Source: an uncultured Acidobacteriota bacterium
Lineage (GTDB): Bacteria; Acidobacteriota; Vicinamibacteria; Vicinamibacterales; JAKQTR01
Assembly: GCA_963843385.1 (NCBI GenBank)
Contig: CAWJJY010000007.1
Span: 566,028-630,027, forward strand
DNA length: 64,000 nucleotides
Reading direction: 5' to 3'
The position numbers were made by a program, and so were the translations under genes. The notes under the pieces were generated by a model. That model was not told where the DNA came from, did no database searches, and worked only from the letters and a program-made list of their open reading frames with translations. This document shows positions 10,956 to 19,055 of this stretch, in pieces (the first letter of the stretch is position 1; each line of letters starts with the position of its first letter).

Positions 10956-11548
10956 TGGCACCATTCCTGAAATTCGGCGCGTTCGGCGACGAGACCAGCC
11001 TGGTGGTCGCGTTCCTCATTGGCATCGGCTTCGGCTTCTTCCTCGAGCGGGCGGGCTTCGGCAGCGCCCGCAAGCTGGTGTCACAGTTCTACCTGAACGA
11101 TCTTGCAGTCTTCAAAGTCATGTTCACCGCGATCGTCACGGCGATGCTGGGCGTGACCTACCTCGCATGGATGGGTTGGCTGGATCTTTCTCTCGTGTAT
11201 CTGACGCCGACATTCCTCTGGCCGCAGATCGTCGGCGGCCTGATCCTCGGTGCGGGATTCGTTGTCGGCGGATATTGTCCCGGAACGTCAGTTGCCGCGA
11301 CGGCGACCGGCAAGGTTGATGCGATGGTCTTCCTCTCGGGCATCCTCGTCGGCTCGCTGCTGTTCGCCGAAGGTTATCCGTGGGTCAAGGGCTTCTACGA
11401 CAGCTCGTCACTCGGAGTCCGCACGCTTCCGCAGACGCTCGGCCTGCCATACGGCGTCGTCGTGTTCGGCGTGGTCCTCATGGCGATCGGCGGATTCTAC
11501 GGGGCGGGGCTGCTCGAACGGAAGTTCGGCGCCCGCACGGGAGCGTAG
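10940..11548 (+). CDS. YeeE/YedE-family sulfur-compound transport protein (half-size, second of a pair)
   Basis: A hydrophobic protein with a GGYCPGTS motif. It overlaps the preceding gene by 16 nt. Confidence 0.75.
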   Translation: MAMAMMAPFLKFGAFGDETSLVVAFLIGIGFGFFLERAGFGSARKLVSQFYLNDLAVFKVMFTAIVTAMLGVTYLAWMGWLDLSLVYLTPTFLWPQIVGGLILGAGFVVGGYCPGTSVAATATGKVDAMVFLSGILVGSLLFAEGYPWVKGFYDSSSLGVRTLPQTLGLPYGVVVFGVVLMAIGGFYGAGLLERKFGARTGA

Positions 11549-11551
11549 GCG

Positions 11552-12205
11552 ATGAGGAACTGGTTGATTCGACTGACGCTGAACCAGAAGCTGGCGGTGC
11601 TCGCGCTGGTCCTGGGCGCGGCCGCAGTGTCGGCGTCGCCCTATCGCGGCGCGCGGGTGACGCTGGACACGAGGGAACTCACCGCCATCGTGCAGAAGGA
11701 CCAGGACCACGTGGCGCCACTCGAACTCGCGTCGTGGATCATCGCGAATCGATCGGATTACAGGCTGGTCGATCTGCGAAGCGACACCGAGTTCGGTGCG
11801 TACCACATCCCTGGCGCCGAGAACATACCGATCGCGCACCTGACCGATGCCCAGTTGGGCCGGCTGGAGACGATCATTCTCTGTTCGGAGGGCGGAGAGC
11901 ACTCAGCCCAAGGCTGGATGCTCCTCAAGGCGATGGGCTATCGGGGCGTGTACGTGCTGCGCGGCGGAATGGAAGGCTGGAGAAACGAAGTGCTCTGGCC
12001 GGTGCTCGCAGTCGACACATCATCCGGCGACGCCGCCAGAATCGAACGCCTGAAGTCGATCAGCGCCTTCTTCGGCGGAACGCCGCGGGCCTCCGGCGAT
12101 GCGCGAGCCACAGAACCTGCAGCTTCTTTGCCGAAGGTCGAGGCGCCGGCCTCGGTTCCAGGTCCGGCCAAGGCCGCGGTCAGGAAGAAGAAGGAAGGGT
12201 GCTAG
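11552..12205 (+). CDS. membrane-anchored/exported rhodanese-domain protein with a Pro/Ala-rich tail ending in ...KKKEGC
   Basis: An N-terminal hydrophobic segment (LAVLALVLGAAAVSA) precedes a rhodanese core (DLRSDTEFGAYHIPGAENIP...ILCSEGGEHSAQGWMLLKAMGYRGVYVLRGGMEGW). Confidence 0.75.
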   Translation: MRNWLIRLTLNQKLAVLALVLGAAAVSASPYRGARVTLDTRELTAIVQKDQDHVAPLELASWIIANRSDYRLVDLRSDTEFGAYHIPGAENIPIAHLTDAQLGRLETIILCSEGGEHSAQGWMLLKAMGYRGVYVLRGGMEGWRNEVLWPVLAVDTSSGDAARIERLKSISAFFGGTPRASGDARATEPAASLPKVEAPASVPGPAKAAVRKKKEGC

Positions 12206-12216
12206 GTCTCACCTGA

Positions 12217-14994
12217 TCAGTTCCAGATCGGCGAAACGCACCTTGGACTTCGGCGGGACAGGACCGCCTCGAAACCCAGCACCGAGTCTCTCATCACGCG
12301 AGACGAGGCGGCGTGACAGGTCAGGCATGCGCCCACCCGCAGGATGCGACGTTGCTCCTCCGCCGTGAATGGCCGGACATCCTCTCGAGTCGAGACCATG
12401 CCGTCGCGCGTCTGAAGGAACGGAATCCAGGCGTCGGCGGGCAGGCGGTCTTCGGGCAGAGGCGGCGCCGCCGGCTTGAATATCCAGCGCCCGCCGGCCG
12501 GAGTCCGGTCGTACCGTAGTTCTCCGCGACCGTACCCCAGCGCCACCGGGTCGTTGTGGCACGACTCACAGGATCGCGCCTCGCGCCGGGTCGTGTGAGG
12601 CTCGATGCGCGCGTACAGCCTCCGGAACACCGCGTCGGACGGATATCCGGGTTCGCGGCTGCGGTCGATGGTGAGGATCATGCCGGGCACGAATGTCTCG
12701 ATGACGTCTCGAGATGCGCCGGACTTCATCAGGACGCGGCGAACGCCGAGTGTGGGCAGGTCGGAGGAAAACGAACCGGACTTCTCTTCCCAGGCCCCTC
12801 GAACGTCGATCCCCGCGACCCAATCGTAGGCCTCCGCGGCCGCGTCGAATGCGGTATGGCAGGTCGGGCAACGAGGTGCCCACGTCGTATGGCAGCTGCC
12901 ACACGACAGCCTCAGGTGCCCTCCGCCCTCGACGCACACGCGGGCGGCAGGCTTGAGTTCCCTCCGCCCGCCAGTCCTCTTCCGTACCAGGCGCGGTGCG
13001 CCAGTCTCGTCGATGACGAGGTTGACCAGCACCTCGCCGTTCGCCATTCGCACGTAGCGGCTGAATGAGGGCCCCGGCCATCCGCGCAGCGCAAGGATGC
13101 GCCTGGACTCTGGATCGAGACCTGCAGCGGAAACGACGGGCAAGGTGGTTCCCGGTCGCGCGTGGCAGTCCTCGCAGGTCACCCGGACCTGATCGCTCTT
13201 GCGTCCATGCGCGATGCCGTCTCCCATTACTTCGATCGCCGTGTGACAGTCGATGCAGTCGAGCCCGCGCTGCTGGTGCACATCGGGCATGACGCGCTCG
13301 AACACCCGGTCATCCTCGAGCCTGCGGAATCGGGAAGGCGCTACGGTGGAGCGCCCGGCCGCTTCCGTGGGCGGTTCGTTCAACTCGTGCCACCCTTCGA
13401 AGTTGGTCGAGATGCGGCCGGACCGGCTGTGGCAGCCGAAGCACTGTGTATTGCCGATATCGAGGGAGAGCGCCGGATGCACGACCGGGGCGTCGGCGGC
13501 GCCGCGCGCCTTCTGAGCCTGGTACCGGCGCAATGCGTCCAGCGCGGCAGGACTGTAGGCGAGATGACACGCCGTGCACCCTCCGCCCCGCGCGCTCTCG
13601 TCGTTCGGGCCGAGCGCGGTCTTGGCCGTTCCGAGGTGACACGACGCGCACAATTGACGCAGGTGGGTATCGGCGGCCGATTGCCCGATGCTCTGCACGT
13701 GCGATGCACCGCTTCCAGTCGTTCCCCCGTTCTCACCAAAGACGATCCGATCGACGCTCACGATTCCGCTCATCGTGGCCATGACGGAGCCTTGGACGCG
13801 CGGGACGATTGGCTCGTGGCAGACCGACTGGCCGCAGCGGCGAGTTGCGGTGGCCAGGTTGCCCGCGATGACATCCATGCCTGCATGGGCCCGGTCCTTG
13901 TCGATCGTGAACACGTCGCCGCCATGGCATGCCGCACAGCCGACGGCCTCAGGCCGGTGGGCATTACCCAGGCCGGTCACCGCGCGGTGGCAGATCAGGC
14001 ACCCTTCGGGCCGACCCATGACGACCGGAAGCGGCACCGGAAGTGCCGGCGGAGCATTGGAAGTCGCATGCAGCAGCCATCCCGCGCGCAGGTTGCCAGC
14101 CCCGGTCGGCCAACCCGGCTGCCACGCCCAGTTTTCGCCGCGCAGGAACCCTCCGACGCCGCACATTCCGAGATACCCGACGGTCAGCACCAGCAGGAGC
14201 GCTTTCGTCCACGCCGCACGTGGACCGGGGAAAACTCGGACGGCGTAGAGCGCGCCGGCGATAGCCGCACCCGCTGCAACGACGATCAGCGGCCGTGTCG
14301 CCCAGTGCAGCATCTCCTGGAGACCGAGGAAGTACCAGGGGCCCTTGACGATGGGATCGAGCCCGTCGTGCAATCCCGGCGACAGGAACAGCGAGAGCCC
14401 GCTTGTGAGGAGGGTGATCGCGACAAACGCCTCCCGACGAGGCCACACGCGGCGCGAATGCTCGATGATGAACAGCCACGCGACAATGGTCGCGGTGGCC
14501 GCGTGCTGCACGTAGATCAGGTCGAGGTGCTCGCCTGCGCCAAACACCATCGTGGCGGCAAGCGGCCCGATGATCGGCACCTGTGAGGTGGCGCCGGCCA
14601 GTATCCGAAGCGCCTGTCGGCCCTCCGGATCGCCGCGCAGCATGAACCCGGAGAGCATGATGAAGACGAGCACCGGCAGCGTCAGCGTAAGCCGCAACCA
14701 CATGCCCTTGCCGACGCGATGCTCGGTTCGTGCGCGCAGGTGATCCCAGAGGTGGAGCAACGTCAGCACCAGGCAAAGCTGGCCCGCCCAGTAGTGCGCG
14801 TTGCGAAAAAACGCCGCGGCCGGGTTCGCAAGCATGACCGCGGCGATGGATCCGTAACTGTCCTTCACGTCGTAGGGGACGGCCACGAGCACGCCAGTTA
14901 CGGCCGCGATGACGAAGGCGGCGACGGCGAAGTCGCCGAACGAGCCCCAACGGAAGGTGAGGATGGCGGAGGGCTCGCGGGCGTCAGGTCGCAC
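12217..14994 (-). CDS. cytochrome b (b6 + subunit-IV-like, about 7 TM helices) fused to a large periplasmic multihaem cytochrome c domain (11 CxxCH plus 1 CxxxxCH)
   Basis: The N-terminal part carries FRNAHYWAGQLCLVLTLLHLW (H-x13-H), HAATATIVAWLFIIEH (H-x14-H) and a PEWY-equivalent KGPWYFLGLQEML. Downstream haem motifs are CLICH, CAACH, CGQSVCH, CASCH, CTACH, CFGCH, CIDCH, CEDCH, CGSCH, CPTCH, CESCH and CLTCH. The ORF-track start at 15192 overlaps the Rieske gene. I place the start at the GTG at 14994, which overlaps the Rieske stop by 11 nt. Confidence 0.85.
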   Translation of the reverse strand: MRPDAREPSAILTFRWGSFGDFAVAAFVIAAVTGVLVAVPYDVKDSYGSIAAVMLANPAAAFFRNAHYWAGQLCLVLTLLHLWDHLRARTEHRVGKGMWLRLTLTLPVLVFIMLSGFMLRGDPEGRQALRILAGATSQVPIIGPLAATMVFGAGEHLDLIYVQHAATATIVAWLFIIEHSRRVWPRREAFVAITLLTSGLSLFLSPGLHDGLDPIVKGPWYFLGLQEMLHWATRPLIVVAAGAAIAGALYAVRVFPGPRAAWTKALLLVLTVGYLGMCGVGGFLRGENWAWQPGWPTGAGNLRAGWLLHATSNAPPALPVPLPVVMGRPEGCLICHRAVTGLGNAHRPEAVGCAACHGGDVFTIDKDRAHAGMDVIAGNLATATRRCGQSVCHEPIVPRVQGSVMATMSGIVSVDRIVFGENGGTTGSGASHVQSIGQSAADTHLRQLCASCHLGTAKTALGPNDESARGGGCTACHLAYSPAALDALRRYQAQKARGAADAPVVHPALSLDIGNTQCFGCHSRSGRISTNFEGWHELNEPPTEAAGRSTVAPSRFRRLEDDRVFERVMPDVHQQRGLDCIDCHTAIEVMGDGIAHGRKSDQVRVTCEDCHARPGTTLPVVSAAGLDPESRRILALRGWPGPSFSRYVRMANGEVLVNLVIDETGAPRLVRKRTGGRRELKPAARVCVEGGGHLRLSCGSCHTTWAPRCPTCHTAFDAAAEAYDWVAGIDVRGAWEEKSGSFSSDLPTLGVRRVLMKSGASRDVIETFVPGMILTIDRSREPGYPSDAVFRRLYARIEPHTTRREARSCESCHNDPVALGYGRGELRYDRTPAGGRWIFKPAAPPLPEDRLPADAWIPFLQTRDGMVSTREDVRPFTAEEQRRILRVGACLTCHAASSRVMRDSVLGFEAVLSRRSPRCVSPIWN

Positions 14995-15436
14995 GGGCGG
15001 TCCACCCACCGGAGGCCGGGTCCGGATCGATCCGGAGCGGCACGAGCGGCCGTCTCGCGGGACCTGCCGATACCGTGCCGTCCGCACGGAAGTGCGATCC
15101 GTGGCACGGACAGACGGCCTCGTTCTCGATGATGCGGTCGATGCGACATCCCAGGTGCGTGCAGGACGCGGAGAATGCACGGAGGGTGCCACCGGAGTCT
15201 CGATGGACGATGGCCGAGTCGACCACCGACAGGCCGCCGGGCACGTCGGGCGGGATGCTGATCGAGGCTGGGACGCGCGTGGCCTCTACACCTCGCACCA
15301 TTGCATAGAGTGAGCCCAGAAACGGAAGGCTCAACGCGGTCGCGAGCAAGCGTTTCAGCACCGTGCGGCGTGTGCGGTGGTCGCTGCGCGGAGAACCGAC
15401 GGTGGGTGCGTGGCGCTGGTTCTCTTCGACCATCAT
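14984..15436 (-). CDS. Tat-exported Rieske [2Fe-2S] protein
   Basis: A twin-arginine motif (HRTRRTVLKRLLATALSL) and the Rieske boxes CTHLGC and CPCHGSHF are present. The gene lies immediately upstream of the cytochrome b fusion gene. Confidence 0.9.
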   Translation of the reverse strand: MMVEENQRHAPTVGSPRSDHRTRRTVLKRLLATALSLPFLGSLYAMVRGVEATRVPASISIPPDVPGGLSVVDSAIVHRDSGGTLRAFSASCTHLGCRIDRIIENEAVCPCHGSHFRADGTVSAGPARRPLVPLRIDPDPASGGWTARAT

Positions 15437-15651
15437 GCGATTCTACCCTGGGGAGTCGTGCACCCGGCTGGCATCATGGTAACGTCCAACCGCCGTGGGT
15501 ACTGGTTTCGACGGCCCGACAGGTCATAATGGTCCGGGCCCGGCTCGAGGGGGGGTGTTCGCATTCGAGCCGGCCGCTTGTCTGACCTCCGGCGGCTGAT
15601 CCGACAGGAACGTCTGGAACTCCAGCCAGGACATCGATTCGAGGTGCGCCT

Positions 15652-16164
15652 GTGACCCAATACGAGACAATGACGCGGGAAGAACTGCTCGACGCCTTGA
15701 AAGCTTTCGCCAAGAACTGGCTCGCCCACGATGGATGCTGGTTCCTGGCGGCGGAAGAGCGCCTGGGTCTCGAGACGGCCATCGAGCTCGACGCTGCCGC
15801 CTGGAAGCGGTTTGCCGTGGCGGAGGCGCGACGGATCATCGATCTGTTCGGTGTCGGCCAAGGCGGGGGACTGCAGGCGCTGCGGCGCGCGCTGTCCCTG
15901 CGGATGTACGCCTTGCTCAACGACCAGCGCCTCGAATGGTCGGACGGTACCCAGACGTTACGCCTCGTGATGGACGGGTGCCGCGTGCAAGAGACGAGGC
16001 GCCGCAAAGGCCTCCCGGAGTTTCCCTGCCGGCCGGTGGGAGACGTGGAATTTGCCTCGTTCGCCACCACGATCGATTCCCGGATCGTGACGCGCTGCGT
16101 CCACTGCCCCCCGGACGCCAATGCGGGCGGCGCGTGCACGTGGGAATTCACGCTCGGACTCTAG
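15652..16164 (+). CDS. conserved-looking hypothetical protein (Cys-rich C-terminus); possibly DUF6125/ATC-hydrolase-like
   Basis: Codon usage looks coding. The sequence includes WLAHDGCWFL...CRVQE...CRPVG...CVHCPPD...C. The family assignment is from memory only. Confidence 0.45.
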   Translation: MTQYETMTREELLDALKAFAKNWLAHDGCWFLAAEERLGLETAIELDAAAWKRFAVAEARRIIDLFGVGQGGGLQALRRALSLRMYALLNDQRLEWSDGTQTLRLVMDGCRVQETRRRKGLPEFPCRPVGDVEFASFATTIDSRIVTRCVHCPPDANAGGACTWEFTLGL

Positions 16165-16326
16165 TGTCCCGAGTCAGAAGTTCGCCGACATATTCCGGGC
16201 GGGGCATCCCGCCTCGCTCAGATTGCTTCTCCCTCGCATATTCCCGATAGTCTCGGTCGTCGCGCCTTGCGATCCGGGCGCCGCGCTCCGGACTATTTGT
16301 CACCGAACTTCTGACTCGGGACACTA
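16162..16326. mobile_element. MITE-like non-autonomous element: perfect 21-bp terminal inverted repeats, TA target-site duplication, CTAG target (IS630/Tc1-mariner style)
   Basis: The left TIR GTGTCCCGAGTCAGAAGTTCG (16164-16184) is the exact reverse complement of the right TIR at 16304-16324. A TA flanks each end (16162-3 and 16325-6). Removing the element plus one TA leaves ...GGACTCTAGACGAC..., which contains a CTAG. The internal 119 bp has no credible ORF. Confidence 0.6.
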
Positions 16327-17721
16327 GACGACTCGGCGGGGAAGCATCGCGGGGTGTGACGGGGAGGTCCGTCGCGCCCACACCAGCATCAGCGTCAGGC
16401 CGACGATGGTCAGGCTCGTCGCGAGCCCGGCCCAGAGCCCCTGGACTCCCCACCCCCACCAGAAGCAGGCCGCGTAGCCGAGCGGCAGGCCGATCGCCCA
16501 ATGGCCGGCGAGATTGGCCACCATCGGGATCCTCGTCTCTCCGATGCCGCGCAGGATGCCGGTGGAAATCGTCTGCGTGCCGTCGAAGATCAGGCAGACG
16601 CCGGCGATCGTCAACAGCGACGGGCCGATCGCCAGCACGGCTGCATCGCGTGAAAAGGCGGACACCAGCGTCCGGCCGGCTGTGAGAAAGACCATCGCGG
16701 CCATTCCTGTCGAGGCCGCGCCCAGCGCGAGCGCCGTCCAGCCTGCCCGGCGGATTCCCCCGGGGTCGAGTCGTCCGACGGCGTGGCCGACGCGAACGGC
16801 TCCAGCAGCATTGAGGCCGAGCGGAACCATGAACACGACCGACCACAGGTTGAGCGCGATCTGATGTGCCGCCAGGGCCGCCGGGGCGATTCGGCTCACC
16901 AGCGCCGTGGCCACCGCGAAGACGCCGACCTCGAAGGTCAGCTGAAATGACGCGGGAATGCCCAATCCGAGCATCCTCCGAATTCCTGCCCAATCCACCT
17001 GCCTCGGCGTGCCGGACAGGCCGGTGTCCCGTCGCCGTTCCCGCATCCTGATGGCGAGCCCGAGCACCACCACGAGGTAGACACGCGAGAGCACGGTCGC
17101 CCACCCGGTTCCGATGCCTCCGAGCGTCGGAAGGCCGAAGCGGCCGTGGACCAGGCTCCACCCTACGGCGGCATTCACGAGGTTGGCGGACAGCAACGCA
17201 ATGGTGATCGGGCGGACCACGTTCATCGCCTGGAGGTACCGGCGGAACACCGTGTAGACGAGCAGCGGGGGCACGCTCAGCGAGATCGTGCGCAGGTAGG
17301 GCACGACCAGCGCCGCGACGTCCGGCGCCAGGTTCCATGACGCCATCGACCTGGACACCGCGAAGAGCATCGCCATCAGCGGCAGGCTGGCCAGCAGGCT
17401 GAGGTAGATGCCCTGATGGAGCCAGTGGTGGCACCGATCGAGGCGCCCGGCGCCGAAGGCCTGTGCCACCAGGGTGTCGAGCCCGAGCAGCAGGCCCATG
17501 CCGAAGATGGCGAACGCCAGGAACACGATGCTGCCGAGGCCGACCGCGCCGATGGCGGCCGGACCCAGGGGACCCACGATCAGCGTGTCGACCAGACCCA
17601 TCATGCTCCAGCCGATTTCGGCGAGCACGACCGGGACGGCCAGCGTGACCATGGGGCGCAGTTCCGCTCTCAGCGCGGCGTACACCGTTCCATCTTGTCG
17701 TACGGTCTCTCGTGGTGTCAC
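16324..17721 (-). CDS. MATE-family multidrug/toxin efflux transporter
   Basis: The C-terminal 466 codons of ORF 16324..18936 are hydrophobic. They carry a typical MATE N-terminus (LRAELRPMVTLAVPVVLAEIGWSMMGLVDTLIVG) and about 12 TM helices. A GTG at 17721 is chosen as start. Upstream of this point the ORF is antisense to the UbiA gene. Confidence 0.8.
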   Translation of the reverse strand: MTPRETVRQDGTVYAALRAELRPMVTLAVPVVLAEIGWSMMGLVDTLIVGPLGPAAIGAVGLGSIVFLAFAIFGMGLLLGLDTLVAQAFGAGRLDRCHHWLHQGIYLSLLASLPLMAMLFAVSRSMASWNLAPDVAALVVPYLRTISLSVPPLLVYTVFRRYLQAMNVVRPITIALLSANLVNAAVGWSLVHGRFGLPTLGGIGTGWATVLSRVYLVVVLGLAIRMRERRRDTGLSGTPRQVDWAGIRRMLGLGIPASFQLTFEVGVFAVATALVSRIAPAALAAHQIALNLWSVVFMVPLGLNAAGAVRVGHAVGRLDPGGIRRAGWTALALGAASTGMAAMVFLTAGRTLVSAFSRDAAVLAIGPSLLTIAGVCLIFDGTQTISTGILRGIGETRIPMVANLAGHWAIGLPLGYAACFWWGWGVQGLWAGLATSLTIVGLTLMLVWARRTSPSHPAMLPRRVV

Positions 17722-17862
17722 GGGAACGCGTTCCCGCCTGGCGGGGACGCGGACGCGCGGCCCGGCCGCGCCGCGATTGAGGCGCCACGTGCCTGTCGCG
17801 GTAGAATGGCCCGGGCCCGCTCGAGGGCCGGCCGCGGCGTGCGTGTCATCGGGAGGTCCTTC

Positions 17863-18762
17863 GTGTCGAAATTGCCCGCGTATCTCGGCGTGATTCGCGC
17901 CCCGTTTCTGCTGTTGCCCGTCACGCTGGTCGCCTCCGGAGCAGCCGCCGCCGCGTATGACGACCACGTCGTGGCATCGCGGGCACTCCTCGCGCTGGTG
18001 GGCCTGTTGGCGCTTCACGCCTCGGTCAACGCGCTCAACGAATCGAGCGACATGCGCACCGGCATCGACGAGCACACCGTGCGCACGCCGTTCAGCGGCG
18101 GCAGCGGCACGCTGCCCTCGGGTGCGCTCTCGACACGCGCCGCGACGATGACCGGGCTCGCCGGTGCCGCGATCGGCCTTGGCATCGGGCTCTGGCTTCT
18201 GCCCCGCATCGGATGGCCCCTCGTGCCGGTCATGGCGATCGGCGGGCTGGGCGTGCTGGCGTACACCGATGTTCTCGCCCGTATCGGGCTTGGAGAATTC
18301 TTCGCCGGGCTTGGACTCGGCGCGCTTCCCGTGGTCGGCACGGCGCTGGTGCAGCGGGGCCATGTCGGGCCCGCCGCGTGGACTGCTGCCGCGCCCGCCT
18401 TCTTCATGACGTTCAATCTGCTGCTCCTGAACGAGTTTCCCGATCAGGAAGCGGATCGCGCCGGCGGGCGCCGGAATCTCGTGCTGATCTTCGGCCGGCG
18501 CGGGGCGGCCGTGATCTATGCGCTTGCGGCGATCGCCACGCCGGGATCGATCATCGCGGCGGTGGTCATCGGCGCGCTTCCGCCGCTCGCGCTGATCGCC
18601 GTGCTGCCCTTCCAGTTCTGTTTTCCGGCGGTCCGCTGGGCCTTCACCAAGCCTTACGAGCCCGTGCCGATTCCGAGCCTCGCCGGCAACGTGAGTTGGA
18701 ACCTGGCGACCAACACCACGCTCGCCCTCACGCTGGCGGTCGCCACGTGGCTGAAACTGTGA
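17863..18762 (+). CDS. UbiA-superfamily prenyltransferase, MenA (DHNA polyprenyltransferase)-like
   Basis: Asp-rich motifs NALNESSDMRTGID and NEFPDQEADRAGGRRNL sit in a polytopic membrane protein. The GTG at 17863 is preceded by GGGAGG with a 6-nt spacer. Confidence 0.75.
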   Translation: MSKLPAYLGVIRAPFLLLPVTLVASGAAAAAYDDHVVASRALLALVGLLALHASVNALNESSDMRTGIDEHTVRTPFSGGSGTLPSGALSTRAATMTGLAGAAIGLGIGLWLLPRIGWPLVPVMAIGGLGVLAYTDVLARIGLGEFFAGLGLGALPVVGTALVQRGHVGPAAWTAAAPAFFMTFNLLLLNEFPDQEADRAGGRRNLVLIFGRRGAAVIYALAAIATPGSIIAAVVIGALPPLALIAVLPFQFCFPAVRWAFTKPYEPVPIPSLAGNVSWNLATNTTLALTLAVATWLKL

Positions 18763-18783
18763 CGCCCCGCATGTCGAGGTGGC

Positions 18784-18969
18784 ATGAACGCTGACGATCC
18801 GAAGGCCAACACCAACCTCTACTTCCCTTACAAGGGCACGCGGAGTGCCTCCGCATCTGACGCGACGGCATCCGGGAAGATCCGGCTGACCCATCGCCTC
18901 GGGCAGAACCTCGACGTGTTTGCCAGCGTGGGCCACACCGAGCGCGTGCCGGATCCGCAGGACCGATAG
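18784..18969 (+). pseudogene. possible remnant of a TonB-dependent outer-membrane receptor (C-terminal fragment)
   Basis: The 61-aa ORF ...NLDVFASVGHTERVPDPQDR* is followed in frame after the stop by FALKRSGSDW. This resembles the ER.PD..E.YF... region of TBDRs. No N-terminal part is present. Confidence 0.25.
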
Positions 18970-19055
18970 TTCGCGCTCAAGCGATCGGGCAGCGACTGGA
19001 CTGTCCTCCTATGGGCGCCTCGGAGTGCTCCCTGCCCGCACGGCGCGAGACCGGC

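Noticed and set aside
16324-18936. An 870-aa ORF on the minus strand.
   Set aside because: Only the C-terminal ~466 codons (up to 17721) look like a real MATE transporter. The N-terminal ~400 codons are Arg/Gly/His-rich and lie exactly antisense to the UbiA-family gene (17863..18762).
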